From a virus, in IMG/VR virus record IMGVR_UViG_3300045988_059494, positions 7,219 to 71,218 of that record: 64,000 bases of DNA; one strand, given 5' to 3'. Under the pieces are notes generated by a model. That model worked only from the letters and a program-made list of their open reading frames with translations. It was not told the origin of the DNA and did no database searches. The position numbers and the translations under genes were made by a program. Positions 1-11,123 of the stretch are shown here, one piece after another. How positions within the stretch are numbered: position 1 is the first letter of the stretch; every line of letters starts with the position of its first letter.

Positions 1-302
1 ATAAACATCCCGCAAACTACTGCTTTAATAAACACTATACTCGGTAATAAAGCTAGTTTGATGGCAACTAAAGCCTGGGCTTCCGCGTTAGGAAACATCA
101 AAAGCAAAGACGTGCCTACGCAGTTGCCGATAAGTATGGTTGTTAGCATCTTTATGTCTTGTAATGAAGAGTGATAAAATCCTATCGCGCCAGTGTATAA
201 CTTAAAATCCATATTTAATATACTTAATAATCCAATGGAGAATAAGAAAGCGCCAGCGATGCCTCCTATTTGTAGGTAAATATAGCTTGCTATTGCTATC
301 AT
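1..302 (-). CDS. membrane protein, 3' end cut by window edge (ATG at 300-302)
   Basis: Open minus-strand frame from ATG preceded by GGAGGAATA SD; hydrophobic, TM-rich translation; not in ORF track because it has no stop inside the window. Confidence 0.4.
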   Translation of the reverse strand, partial: MIAIASYIYLQIGGIAGAFLFSIGLLSILNMDFKLYTGAIGFYHSSLQDIKMLTTILIGNCVGTSLLLMFPNAEAQALVAIKLALLPSIVFIKAVVCGMF

Positions 303-321
303 TATTCCTCCAAGAATTGAA

Positions 322-918
322 TTAGACAATATCTTCATTTTCTAACTCCAAATCTTCTATGTCATCCTCGTTATCTGTATCATCATAATACACTTGGCAA
401 CAACAATTAGGATGATACGGAGGGAGGATTACCTCATCTACTGGCCACTCACCTGCATATTCAGCGCAGCCGCCATCACAATCTCCGCCACTATTCTCAA
501 CAATAGCAAGTTGACTAAGTGTACCTACTTTATTAAACATAACAGCATTTTTAACAATCTGCGTTTCGTTTCTTAGTAGTTTATCATATTTATCAATTAA
601 ATATGCTTGCATCGCTGTTTTATTAGAATATTCTGATGCTTTATTCCAGTGTTCTGCGATTCTTTCATTCAAGGTTTTATTATCTTTATTATATGTTAAA
701 GATAAAATATCCTTGACTTCAAAATCCTTTGTTCTAGAATAAATTCGTTTTAACTCACCCGAAGTTGTGCTATAAGTTTGAGCAAGGGAGTCATAAAACA
801 ACTGTTGTGTTTTATCTAATAAAGTCTTTGATTGTTCCGGTTTATTACTATATGCAATAACTTGTTGAACAATTTGATTTAGGCTGGATTCTACTCCAGC
901 CTAAATCTTATCATTCAT
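322..918 (-). CDS. MuF/SPP1 gp7-like minor head protein domain; N-terminal extension contains in-frame TAG at codon 6
   Basis: C-terminal PPYHPNCCCQ motif typical of MuF/gp7 family; ORF track 322..801 starts at TTG but the frame stays open upstream to ATG at 916-918 (MNDKI-TAG-AGVESSLNQIV...). Confidence 0.5.
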
Positions 919-943
919 TGAGGCAACTTCTTTCTTGATCTAC

Positions 944-1438
944 TCACGCTTCTTCATGGCACACCTCATGCAAATCAATAATACGTTGATTGCGGCTGCC
1001 GCGCATAGGTAAGGTTAAATCGCGTTCAGCTTGAATATATGGGCCATCAATCAAGAAATCCGCGTTATTAAAGATTTCTCGCATATTTAAGTCTGAGAAG
1101 ATTGCGAGATTTTCATAGGTATTACCTGTCCAAATATAAATCTTAGTATCCGGTAATTCCTTCTTTACTGTTGTTACGATCAATCTAGTAAGGAAAGAGT
1201 TTTCTGGGCAAAGAGGTTCTCCGCCCATAATACAAAGATTTCTATGCACACCATTAGCGCGCAGTCCTTTAATAATGGAGTCGAGAGTTCCTTGAGTGAA
1301 CTCTCTACCTCCACTGAAATCCCATGTTTCTGGATTGTGACATCCTTCACAGCGGAAAGGACAACCTTGGACAAAGAAAGATAAGCACACGCCTGGCGCG
1401 GCTGAAAAGTCATCATAAATAATTCCTGCGTACTGCAT
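944..1438 (-). CDS. nrdG: anaerobic ribonucleotide reductase activating protein (radical SAM)
   Basis: CxxxCxxC-type cluster (FVQGCPFRCEGCHNPETW), 164 aa, directly downstream of NrdD, GGAGG SD. Confidence 0.85.
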   Translation of the reverse strand: MQYAGIIYDDFSAAPGVCLSFFVQGCPFRCEGCHNPETWDFSGGREFTQGTLDSIIKGLRANGVHRNLCIMGGEPLCPENSFLTRLIVTTVKKELPDTKIYIWTGNTYENLAIFSDLNMREIFNNADFLIDGPYIQAERDLTLPMRGSRNQRIIDLHEVCHEEA

Positions 1439-1441
1439 GAG

Positions 1442-3670
1442 TTATTCCTCCAATCGACCTGAATGTTTTACTCTATCATTGGCTTCGGCAACTTTACCCG
1501 CATTAAAGGCAGTTGTATAGTTACCGGTTAGATAGCCTGTAACACGTCGAAGCTGTTGAATATGGTGACTTCCGCAAACTGGGCAGTGATCATTAAACTC
1601 GTCCATATAACCACACTCAAGACAGGTGTCGTTAGGAACGTTAATGGCAAAATACGGAATATCATGTTCCATAGCATAAAGTACCAAAGTTTCTAGAGCG
1701 TCAATGTTATTCTTAACGCCACTATCAAGTTCAACGTAAGTAATGCAACCAGCAGAAGAATAACCTGTCAACTGGCTTTCAATATCAATCTTCTTAAAAG
1801 GTGACATCTTCTTCCATACCGGAACATGAATAGAGTTAGTGAAATAATCTCTATCACTTACGTTTGGAATTGCTCCATACTTATCCTTAAACTTCGTCAT
1901 AGCAGTGTAACAGAGGTTCTCCGCAGGCGTATAATAAACGCCAAAGTTTAACTGATACTGTTGTTTAAAAGTCGCACATCTATCTTGGAAGAGCTGCTCA
2001 ATCTTCTTAGCTAGTTCCATACCCTGCGAAGTAGTATGATCCTGACCAATAAGAATTTGTAGCGTTTCTGCAAGACCTAATTGACCAATAGCAAGAGTAC
2101 CATGCTTTAATGCACTACGGGTTGTCTTGCCATCATAGCCAGCCATTACGCCATTTTCATACATGAACTTCGCGGATTCCGCAGGCTGAGAGCAGATATA
2201 ATCAAATCGTTCTAGAAGCATATCCTTAGCTTCATGAATTTTCTGGTCAAGTAGAGACATAAAACAATCAATGGCGTTTGCGTCAGGGTATGCGGCATTT
2301 GCTGCTTCTTTTGCTTCCATAGCAAGAGTAGGCATGATGATAGTTACAGGGCAGATATTACCTCTACCATCTTTTGTTTGACCCATGCCATTAATATCCC
2401 AACCATTCGCGGTGCGGCAACCCATCGTGCTAAAATAGGTCTTGGGATCATTCGGGTCATATCCTGCGTTACCAGACCAATCAACGTTAGCATAGTTAGG
2501 ATAGAGTCTAGTTGCAGTAGATCTTAGAGCCAGTCTGAACAAATCATAGTTCGGATCACCTGGCTTTTGATTGACACCTTTCATACATTGGAAGATACCA
2601 CATGGGAAGATAGAAGTTTTATGTAGTTTACCGAGTCCCTCAATAGAGACATCAAGTAATGCTTTAATTACCATTCTACCTTCGGGCAAAGTGCAAGTGC
2701 CATAGTTAATAGATGTGAATGGCAGCTGATTACCAGAGCGAGACTGAAGAGTATTAAGATTATGATACATACCTTCTACAGCTTGATGCACTTCTTTAAT
2801 AGTCATATCCAGAGCATATTGATATGCTTTATCATAAATCATATATTCATTATCTTCAATTCCAGCAGTATCTGGGATATGGTCAAACAGCTCTTTATCG
2901 GAGACATTCTCAATATACTTTAAACCTTCAATATAGTGTTTTCTAAAACTCTTTCTCACATAAGGAACCATTGTCCAATCAAGGTGGGTAGCACTTACTC
3001 CACCAAATTGCTGGAGAGATTCAAGCTGGAAAATCACTGCTACCAACTGAAACGCAGTATTCACTGAGCCTGCGGGTCTTACATCAGTTTGTCTAGTGTT
3101 AAATCCATCAGCAAGCAAGTGATCAAAAGGAATAGATAGACAGTTGTGCATACCAACTGCATATGCGGATAAATCATGGATATAAATTTCGTTATTGCGG
3201 TGATTATTGCGAGCCATATCAGATACACAATAATCAAGCGCATATTTCTTCATCTGAAGGTCTGAACTTGCGCCAACACGACCTCCAAACGATAGCTCAT
3301 CAACATTAGCATTTTGTCGTTCAATAGAAGAGCCGCTAACTTTTTCAGAGAATGCTTGAATAAAGTCATCATTACTAGAGCGTACCATTTCTCTCTTATA
3401 TCTATATCTGATATAAGCCTTGGCAACATCTTTTCTTTCAGAGCGCATTAAGAAATTCTCAATCATATCTTGAATTTCTTCAACCGAGATAATATCATCC
3501 GCAGTCTTTACGCTATATTTAATTTCATCGGCAATATCTTTCGCCGTATCTTCTTCATACAGAATGCCATCAACCTCGATAAAAGCCTTGTTGATAGCAT
3601 TTACAATTCTTTGCTTATCAAATGGTACAAGGATACCATTTCTTTTCTTTACTTGTAGCAATAGAAACAC
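1442..3670 (-). CDS. nrdD: anaerobic ribonucleoside-triphosphate reductase
   Basis: N-terminal ATP-cone (KRNGILVPFDKQRI), C-terminal glycyl-radical and Zn-ribbon region (CLECGY...CPVCGS, RRVTGYL); 742 aa. Confidence 0.9.
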   Translation of the reverse strand: MFLLLQVKKRNGILVPFDKQRIVNAINKAFIEVDGILYEEDTAKDIADEIKYSVKTADDIISVEEIQDMIENFLMRSERKDVAKAYIRYRYKREMVRSSNDDFIQAFSEKVSGSSIERQNANVDELSFGGRVGASSDLQMKKYALDYCVSDMARNNHRNNEIYIHDLSAYAVGMHNCLSIPFDHLLADGFNTRQTDVRPAGSVNTAFQLVAVIFQLESLQQFGGVSATHLDWTMVPYVRKSFRKHYIEGLKYIENVSDKELFDHIPDTAGIEDNEYMIYDKAYQYALDMTIKEVHQAVEGMYHNLNTLQSRSGNQLPFTSINYGTCTLPEGRMVIKALLDVSIEGLGKLHKTSIFPCGIFQCMKGVNQKPGDPNYDLFRLALRSTATRLYPNYANVDWSGNAGYDPNDPKTYFSTMGCRTANGWDINGMGQTKDGRGNICPVTIIMPTLAMEAKEAANAAYPDANAIDCFMSLLDQKIHEAKDMLLERFDYICSQPAESAKFMYENGVMAGYDGKTTRSALKHGTLAIGQLGLAETLQILIGQDHTTSQGMELAKKIEQLFQDRCATFKQQYQLNFGVYYTPAENLCYTAMTKFKDKYGAIPNVSDRDYFTNSIHVPVWKKMSPFKKIDIESQLTGYSSAGCITYVELDSGVKNNIDALETLVLYAMEHDIPYFAINVPNDTCLECGYMDEFNDHCPVCGSHHIQQLRRVTGYLTGNYTTAFNAGKVAEANDRVKHSGRLEE

Positions 3671-3725
3671 CCCTTGTATTTATTTTTTAGACGGATACTA
3701 TATTTGGTATTTTTGATAGGCAAAT

Positions 3726-4280
3726 TTAACAAAACTGCCCAGCGATAAGATCAATAGCTTGAAAAAAGTTTCCTATATCTTGGTTTGCAAGTACCTGATA
3801 ATCAATATCCGTTAGATCGCTAAAATCTTGCTCGTCTGCGGAAAAGCGTCGAATAATTTCTTTAACATCTGGATCCTCTTCTCTTTTAAGCTGACGAAGC
3901 AAACGCTCTTTATCGCTAGCCTGTACATAATATACGGTTAAGTCAATAAGACCATCCTCCATAAGACAACGGATACCTTCTGGATTAAAGACACCAACAT
4001 TGATTTTGTCTTTTGATAAACTCGATAAAGCAGTGCCATAATGCCAGCCATTAAACTCTGTCGCTTCTAGCATATCACCATTTAATACCTTGGTAGTAAA
4101 TTCATCCACTGTCAAGAAATAATAGTTAACGCCATAGCGCTCTCCCTGTCGTGCAGGACGAGTAGTGCAACTAATGATCTCGTTAAATTTATCGGGGTAA
4201 CGTTTAACGAGAGCGTGAAGGATACTATCCTTCCCGCTTCCCGCCTTGCCGCAAATAGCAATTATTTTAGTTTTCTCCAT
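3726..4280 (-). CDS. guanylate kinase-like / deoxynucleoside monophosphate kinase
   Basis: P-loop GKAGSGKDS plus CTTRPARQGERYGVNYYF guanylate-kinase signature; probable start at MEKTK (track ORF 3726..4331 overlaps the upstream gene). Confidence 0.6.
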   Translation of the reverse strand: MEKTKIIAICGKAGSGKDSILHALVKRYPDKFNEIISCTTRPARQGERYGVNYYFLTVDEFTTKVLNGDMLEATEFNGWHYGTALSSLSKDKINVGVFNPEGIRCLMEDGLIDLTVYYVQASDKERLLRQLKREEDPDVKEIIRRFSADEQDFSDLTDIDYQVLANQDIGNFFQAIDLIAGQFC

Positions 4281-5673
4281 TATCTTCTTCCTCTCCTGTT
4301 GCTCGCTCGCTTCTAAGGATAAGCGAACCATCTGCTAATACCTCGTCAATATGATACAACTGATGTCTACCAGAACTTGCATACTTCTTGGTTACAAATT
4401 CATCACCACGACGAATACCCTGTACAACAATCATATTACCGCGATTGAACCAAGATTTCTCAATGACAGTCTTAGTACCATCACTATTTCGGCGGAATGT
4501 CTGTCTATCAAACAGCGAAAAATATTCCTGTCTAAACTTAACAGATACTACGCCAGTCGTTGTCAAGAGATATACAACACTCTTGGTTTTATTCTTTGCA
4601 ATACAAGTTCCGCAAATGCGGTTGAGCTTGTAAATTGGAATAAGAGATGCGCCTTTCTTGAAAGTCTTCTCAATAATCGGTTCCTCAGGAAGAGAAAAGA
4701 AGTTAACTAAACCATACTTAGCAGTATTTACATTACTTAATTCATGGTCGTGATAATAGAAGCAAAGAACTTCCATTTCCCAAGACGAGATGTTGCCACT
4801 AGCATACTTCTCCCAATCTTGCATAAAGATACGAGAGTTCAACTCATCAAGAATACTATCCTTATTCTCTTTAATCCAATCTCTAAAAATATCCATATAA
4901 CTCTGATAAACTTTATCCCAAGCCTTAATATTGATATACCAAGACTCGAGTTCACCATCAAGAAGTCCTTCACAATCAATCTCAGTCAAGAAATTAATCG
5001 CTCTTACATCAAGATGGTATCTCTCATGGTCAAATGGATCTTTACATTCAGCCTTTAAATATCTATTAAACTCAAATACTCGCTTTGGTAAAGCAAAAGT
5101 ATCATTCTTTGGAATTAAATCATAACGAATAAGACCCGGCATATTCTGCAAAGTTAATCGTTTCTTTTTGTCGCAAGTTAGCCACAAATATTCTACCATA
5201 GTCTTCTTGCGGTCTTTGAATTGATCGAACGCACCACCCTTAATAAGAGCAATCATAGCTTGCTTATTAGGAGCTATTCTATAATAGAAATCTATCATAG
5301 ATGCATATGGGCGATTTGCAATAATAGTCTTAATCAAATCGTTATTGACATTTGTTAAACCCTTTAAGCCAAACAAAATCTGATTATTCTCTGTATCGGG
5401 TTTAAAGCCAAGCTCAGAATGGTTAATATCAACAAGAGATACCTTAATACCCTTGTTACGAATTTCGCCAATCGCCTTTGCTAACTTTGTATAATCTGAC
5501 TGCTCGCTCTCATTTTCATCAATAGCACCACTATTAACGATAAGATATGCCGTATTCCAATACACAGGATTGAAATGTGTAGCAAGATAAAGAGTCTGCA
5601 TACCAACGAAGCTATAAGCAAGAGCATGAATAACGGAAAAACTATCGTGTTTACCCACTATTTCTAGTGGCAC
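4267..5673 (-). CDS. dnaE: DNA polymerase III alpha (DnaE) C-terminal portion (downstream half of split gene)
   Basis: Begins inside the conserved DnaE motif (GKHDSFSVIHALAYSFVGMQTLYLATHFNPVYW ~ NKSHsaAYa..YqTaylKahYP); the 6821..9334 ORF ends inside the same motif. Confidence 0.6.
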   Translation of the reverse strand: MPLEIVGKHDSFSVIHALAYSFVGMQTLYLATHFNPVYWNTAYLIVNSGAIDENESEQSDYTKLAKAIGEIRNKGIKVSLVDINHSELGFKPDTENNQILFGLKGLTNVNNDLIKTIIANRPYASMIDFYYRIAPNKQAMIALIKGGAFDQFKDRKKTMVEYLWLTCDKKKRLTLQNMPGLIRYDLIPKNDTFALPKRVFEFNRYLKAECKDPFDHERYHLDVRAINFLTEIDCEGLLDGELESWYINIKAWDKVYQSYMDIFRDWIKENKDSILDELNSRIFMQDWEKYASGNISSWEMEVLCFYYHDHELSNVNTAKYGLVNFFSLPEEPIIEKTFKKGASLIPIYKLNRICGTCIAKNKTKSVVYLLTTTGVVSVKFRQEYFSLFDRQTFRRNSDGTKTVIEKSWFNRGNMIVVQGIRRGDEFVTKKYASSGRHQLYHIDEVLADGSLILRSERATGEEEDNGEN

Positions 5674-6820
5674 AGACTATCTTTTACTATTAGCTTTTAA
5701 CTAATAGGATACCATTTCGGTTTTCAGTTGCTTCGTTTCCTAAAACAACGCTACGTACCAATAGTAGCCCTACTCCCAGTCTAACCCGGGATAGTCGTTA
5801 CAGGTTTCTTAAAGGATAAACAAGGTTATTATCTTTGAATGACTCTCCAATATTTATTCTTCTAACAGTTTCTTTAGAAGAACCATATAAATCAATTATT
5901 TCTTGGTAGGTCATATCAGTATGAAGCAGCGCATCTTTTATCTTGTCTGCCCTTATCGCTCTAACGTCTCTTTTTCGAATGGGATAAGTTGGATATAATC
6001 CTTTTTTTAATGTTCCAGCATTTATTTTCTTTACTGTGGAATATCCCATATCAAGTTGTTTAGCAATTTCTGCTAAAGATAAAGTAGAATTCGTTAGTAG
6101 TTCAATTAATTCGTCATAATCTGAATCATTCTTGTAATATTTATAGAGAGGATAATTTTGATTTTTGTCATAGAAATACAATCCATTATTGATGCTTGAA
6201 ATAAATGAAGCACTAATATTATACTTCTATTCTAACTCATAATAAGGAATACCTTCCTAGATTTCTTTTTTCAAAGAAGCTATTTGATCTTGTGATAAAA
6301 TAGAATTTCTAATTCTACTACCACCGCCAAGATCAGAATTATATCCCTCTCCATCTCCTCTAAAACTATTCTTTTCTTTTATCCAAAACTGTTCTCTTTC
6401 ATTCACAATATTTATATCATCTGTATAAATCTATTCTAAAACTTCAATTTCAAAATTGTCTATACCATATTGACGCATTTTACTGTGAATTAAATCGTTA
6501 TAAGAACTAGATTTAGAGTTTAAAGCACAAGAACGATGTTCTCTTATACGACGTTTTAAATTATTTGTTTGGCCAACATATTTGTGACCATTTATCTTGT
6601 TTGTGTAACAATATATGTAATACATTATATACCTCCATAGCATAATGTATTACCATGTTATCCTTTAAGACTTCCCACGGGATTATCATGGCAACACAGT
6701 TAGGATACTTTTTATATCCTCTATGTTACTTTAGAATTCCCCGTTAGCAATTAACAATTTTTGTCCAAAATTTTTAATTACCCTCGTGGTAAGCGAGTAA
6801 AATATCTAGGGGCAAGCATT
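5660..6820 (-). mobile_element. candidate group I intron (or free-standing HEG insertion) interrupting dnaE, carrying a GIY-YIG ORF
   Basis: ~1.16 kb between DnaE halves. Putative 5' exon ends GGT AAG TAT (GKY) followed by intron G; putative 3' end ...AUAGUG before GGT AAA CAC. A junction GKY|GKHDS would restore the conserved DnaE motif. Confidence 0.35.
5798..6643 (-). CDS. GIY-YIG homing endonuclease with 3 in-frame TAG codons
   Basis: N-terminal YIYCYTNKINGHKYVGQTNNLKRRIREH (GIY-YIG), middle EQFWIKEKNSFRGDGEGYNSDLGGGS, C-terminal HTH region; track ORFs 6431..6643 and 5798..6181 are in frame, separated only by TAGs. Confidence 0.7.
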
Positions 6821-9334
6821 TCACCCCATCTGCGGACCGAGACCAAATTTCCAGACATACTTACCTAGCTTCTCGGATTTCGCCGTATCCAAAACTTTCT
6901 GATGAAGCTCTGGAATTTTATTCATCTGTTTCTTACCAACAATCTTTCTTGCGGCATTCGCTTCAGCCAGACTAAAGTTACAAATATCTGGATCCCGCAA
7001 CATTTTCATTAGCTGCTCCTGAGAAGGAGGCACACCATAAGAAGATAAAAAGTAAGGTTCCAAAGTTTTCTGTTCTTGTTTAGTCAAGCCATTATTGTCC
7101 ATCTCTTTATACCAAAGAGAAATATCATGCTTATAACGAACATACTTTTCCATCGGAGTTTCTGCGCCCGGTTCAGAAGCCATAAGACGCATCAAACCAT
7201 TGGCATCCGCCATCTCTAACGGGTTATGCGGACGAATTTTCTTAGCTGCCTGTGCGCCTACTGCGCTATCAAACTGAAAACAACCAATTACATCATTGTT
7301 AGCCAGAGCGTTCCACATAGCTTCATCATCTTGCGGCAGGATAGATGGATGTAGATACTTATTATAGACCTCTCTAAGAGTTAAGTTTTGCTCAATAACT
7401 TTATCTGCTTGAAGCAGTTCAATGGTCTGAATGATAATATCCTGTACACTTGTTAGCAGGAAGTCATACTTTACGGAACCTGCGGCCTCTTGGTCATGCA
7501 GATCCCACTGTGTAATTAACGCGCCCTTAGGAGTTCGCATAACCGCGGCAGAGTCATAGATGTTTTCATCAAAAAGGATAACGCCAGAAGCGTGACTACT
7601 TCTTTTATTAACCATGCCTTGAATACGAATAATAATATCAAGCAAGCCTTCATACTGCGAAACCGCGGTTACAAATGCTTTAACAGGCTTTCTGCCTTTC
7701 TCTTGATTACCATTTACAACATCTTCAATCGGCCACAGGAAACCGCGCTCTTGAGGAATCAAAGAACTCAAGTATTGTGCTTCATCAACATCAATACCGT
7801 CGGGATATTCCTCAGAACGATAACCTCTACACGCAGTCAAGATTGCAGATTTTGTACCCTCTGTACCGAAAGTGCAAACCTGAATAAGACCAAGTTCTCC
7901 TCTTTCCTTGCGGATTTCGGCAAAAATCTTCTGAATTTTAGACGGCGCCAAGTCAAGATCAATATCGCCTAACTCAACACGTTCATCGTTAATGTAACGC
8001 CAGAAAGGTAAGTCCCACTCGAGGGGATCAAGCTGAGTAATACCAAGGAGATAATGGTTTAAAGCTGCACACGCAGAACCACGACCTGCGCCGACTGTAC
8101 TGCCGCAATTCCAGAACAAATCTACATAGTGCTTCAATGTATTAGGATATGCGAACATACAAGTCTGCAATTTCTCGCCAATGACTCTCTTTACTCTTGC
8201 TTCTTCTTCGAGTCTTTCCCAATACTCTTTCTTGTGGATAAGACCTTTCTCCTGCATTGCAATGATGCACTCCTGAATCCAATATTTCTCTTGCTCGTTA
8301 TCAGATTCAATCAAGGAAGTTAGTACCTTATAATCATCACGGAAAGTATCCATCATATCCGCGGGAACGCGAGACCAGTCGCTGCAATTATAATGAGTTA
8401 CTGCTACTTCTGGGACAGACTGATGCTTCTCAAGAGAATAAAACTCAATCTTATCCTTGATCTCATTAGAATTGTCATAGATAGAGTAAACTGTATCTAA
8501 GTCAAAGCTAGACAAAAGTAAATCAGTTGTCTCTTGTTCAGTCATAAGATATGTGAATTCATAGAATGAATCAACTTCTCGCTCACCACCCTTAGAATTA
8601 AGATAAGACTTGTGAACATATCTATCTTCTTTAGTTAGATAATGAGCATCCGTACCAACGCACATCTTTACATCAAATACTTGGGCAATTTTGAGCATTC
8701 TCTTGTTTGCAGTAACCTGATCACTGTTGCTTGCAGGAGCACACTCAACATAGAAGTTATCCTTGCCAAAAACGCTAATACAAAATTCCATAAAGTCAAT
8801 AATCTGTCTATGGTAACGATACGCATTATCAGTATCATTAGCTTTTTCGCAAGCATCGAGGTTAAGAATAGAATTACCTAATTCACCACCAATACACGCA
8901 GTCGTGCCGATAATGTCTCCCTTAAATCTCTGCATAACTTCCTGTAATTCTGATTTCAAAAGCGGGACTCGTTCCATACCACGATCATAGTAACTATTAG
9001 TCCACGCAATAGAAGACAGCTCTTTAAGACCTCTGTATCCATGCTCATTCTTTGCAAGCAAAATAAAATGATAATACTTTTGTCCCATATCTCGAGTATC
9101 GGTAAGATAAATCTCATTACCCAATGCTACAGTAAACTCAGGATGAGTTTCCTGAAGTTTCTTTGCATACTTATTTACTCGCATATGTGAACTTAAGGAT
9201 TCGTGATCTGTGATGGCAATACCAGTCAAACCAAGCTCAATAGCCTTATCAATTAGCTCTTCTGGATGATTGATACAATCGAGAAGGCGCAAATTACTAT
9301 ACTCAGTATGAGCATGGTTGTTAAAATAACTCAT
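6821..9334 (-). CDS. dnaE: DNA polymerase III alpha (DnaE) N-terminal portion: PHP domain plus polymerase core
   Basis: N-terminal PHP motif HAHTEYSNLRLLD...GIAITDHESL; 837 aa; ends within the conserved GKYGFNKSH-like motif. Confidence 0.8.
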   Translation of the reverse strand: MSYFNNHAHTEYSNLRLLDCINHPEELIDKAIELGLTGIAITDHESLSSHMRVNKYAKKLQETHPEFTVALGNEIYLTDTRDMGQKYYHFILLAKNEHGYRGLKELSSIAWTNSYYDRGMERVPLLKSELQEVMQRFKGDIIGTTACIGGELGNSILNLDACEKANDTDNAYRYHRQIIDFMEFCISVFGKDNFYVECAPASNSDQVTANKRMLKIAQVFDVKMCVGTDAHYLTKEDRYVHKSYLNSKGGEREVDSFYEFTYLMTEQETTDLLLSSFDLDTVYSIYDNSNEIKDKIEFYSLEKHQSVPEVAVTHYNCSDWSRVPADMMDTFRDDYKVLTSLIESDNEQEKYWIQECIIAMQEKGLIHKKEYWERLEEEARVKRVIGEKLQTCMFAYPNTLKHYVDLFWNCGSTVGAGRGSACAALNHYLLGITQLDPLEWDLPFWRYINDERVELGDIDLDLAPSKIQKIFAEIRKERGELGLIQVCTFGTEGTKSAILTACRGYRSEEYPDGIDVDEAQYLSSLIPQERGFLWPIEDVVNGNQEKGRKPVKAFVTAVSQYEGLLDIIIRIQGMVNKRSSHASGVILFDENIYDSAAVMRTPKGALITQWDLHDQEAAGSVKYDFLLTSVQDIIIQTIELLQADKVIEQNLTLREVYNKYLHPSILPQDDEAMWNALANNDVIGCFQFDSAVGAQAAKKIRPHNPLEMADANGLMRLMASEPGAETPMEKYVRYKHDISLWYKEMDNNGLTKQEQKTLEPYFLSSYGVPPSQEQLMKMLRDPDICNFSLAEANAARKIVGKKQMNKIPELHQKVLDTAKSEKLGKYVWKFGLGPQMG

Positions 9335-9351
9335 ACACTTCCTCCTTTAAT

Positions 9352-9392
9352 CTTTCTATAATAATTATATCATATTTTATAATAAAAAGCAA
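9352..9392 (-). promoter_or_regulatory. conserved AT-rich promoter block upstream of dnaE
   Basis: tctataataattatatcatattttataataaaaag on plus strand = TATAAT-containing motif on the coding strand; member of the repeated family. Confidence 0.4.
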
Positions 9393-9396
9393 TTCA

Positions 9397-10558
9397 TCAA
9401 TCTTTCAACACCAAAGTTAATTTCTGCGCCGCACGAGTACAAGCTGTGTAAAGCCACCGAGCATGATCTGCTTGTCTTAATACTTCCTCGACTACTAATA
9501 CCTTATCATACTCGCTACCTTGGGATTTATGAGTCGTGATACAATAGCCATAGTCAAATTGCTCCGGTCGCAACTGCTTAGGAAACAGTCGAAAGTTTTC
9601 TCGATTTACTGTTGTTTCTTTGGTGGTAATAAGTTTCCAATCCATCAAGAGGTCATGAAATGTCTGATCTCTCTTATCAGCATTATCAATCGTCTCAGGG
9701 GTAAAATCAATTAAACACATAGGATTAAGCCACTTATTTGGGACGGTAGCAATCTTATCAATAGTACCAATAGTGCCATTGACGAGAGCGTCTCCAGTCT
9801 CAGTAATCTTATCCCAGTTGTTTTTAAGACAAATAACTTTATCTCCAACAATAGGATTAGGAATGTCTTCACCATAGCGCATATTGCGGTAATAATTATT
9901 TAATGTATGACGAGTAATATTTTTCCCGCAAAGAATCTGATCTGCCCATGTAAACATACCGTCACACATCTCTCTATGACGCACAATATTGATTTCAGTG
10001 CCTTTATAAGGCTTGATAAGTTTACCTTCTCGAATATCTGCGGACAGACGAATAATCTCGCTTTCTGCAGCCTGGCGCATAATTTCATCGAGGAAGATGT
10101 GCGGACGTTCAAGAATGCCATTTTCTTCGCCAATAGGCGGTAACTGACCGGGATCGCCGCAAGCAATTACATAAATGCCATGCGACAGCAGCAAATTCCA
10201 CATAGGCTTAGGTAGCATAGATACCTCGTCAACTACGATAATATCATAATCAGAAATATTATCTTTAGGGATATGAATAAAGCTGCCATCTGCGCGCGGA
10301 ACAGATTTATACAAGAGTCTATGTGCAGTCATAGCAGTGGGACAACCCTTATTTCTTAGTACCTGTGCAGCTTTGCCGGTATAAGCGATATATCCAACTC
10401 TTTCGGGATCAATATCGAGAGCGGAGATAATAAACTTGATAAGAGTAGATTTACCTGTTCCTGCTTTCAGGCGTAGCCAGCGATCACGGTATAATTTTCG
10501 TTTGCGTGATATCTGGCTACAGCAATTTTCAAACCCTCTTCTTGTTTTTTAGTTAATT
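9397..10558 (-). CDS. RecD/Dda-like superfamily 1 helicase; needs -1 frameshift or ~8 nt hop at GCC TGA just before Walker A
   Basis: ATG at 10556-10558 gives MELTKKQEEGLKIAVARYHANENYTVIAGYA then TGA. The Walker A (AGTGKSTLIKF) and the rest of the helicase (track ORF 9397..10332) are in the -1 frame, with no start codon of their own. Confidence 0.55.
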
Positions 10559-11088
10559 CCATCGGGTTTTACTTCCTCCTTTTCTTTTAAATTTAATTCA
10601 TCTATTGTCCACATATTATCATGCAATTCTTTATGACAATTAGAACATAATAATATACATTTTTTACTTTCTTCAACTGCTTCTTGCAACTTAAAGTGGT
10701 CATTACTTATAGTAAAATCCTTTTGTGATGGGTCTAAATGATGAAATTCTAATGCTTTTAGGCATTTACTATAGCCGCATCTTACACATTGACCTCCGCG
10801 TTGCTATTTTATTTTAGACAGAAAGGCCCCTCTTGTTAGCTAAATTCCTTCTGACATACAGTCATAACAACAACTTCTCTAATTAGCCGCAGCACTTTTA
10901 GGGGTGAAAGTTTTTCCACATATAGGGCATTTTTTTTCTTTCAGACCCGAGGCTCCTGTAATTTTTCTCTCTTGATTACGTTGCTTTCTAGCTTGATACA
11001 TACAAGCATCACTACAATATTTTTTTGTGGATTTTATAGCTTCAAACTCTTTTCCACAAACTGTGCATATATTTGTCATAAAAATCAT
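10549..11088 (-). CDS. HNH homing endonuclease with 3 in-frame TAG codons
   Basis: C-terminal CGYSKCLKALEFHHLDPSQKDF...LLCSNCHKELH (HNH); track ORF 10879..11088 ends at TAG and the frame continues; paralog of 53357..53896 with a TAG at the aligned position. Confidence 0.65.
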
Positions 11089-11123
11089 TCCTTCTATATA
11101 TAGTAACTTATCAGATTCTATAA

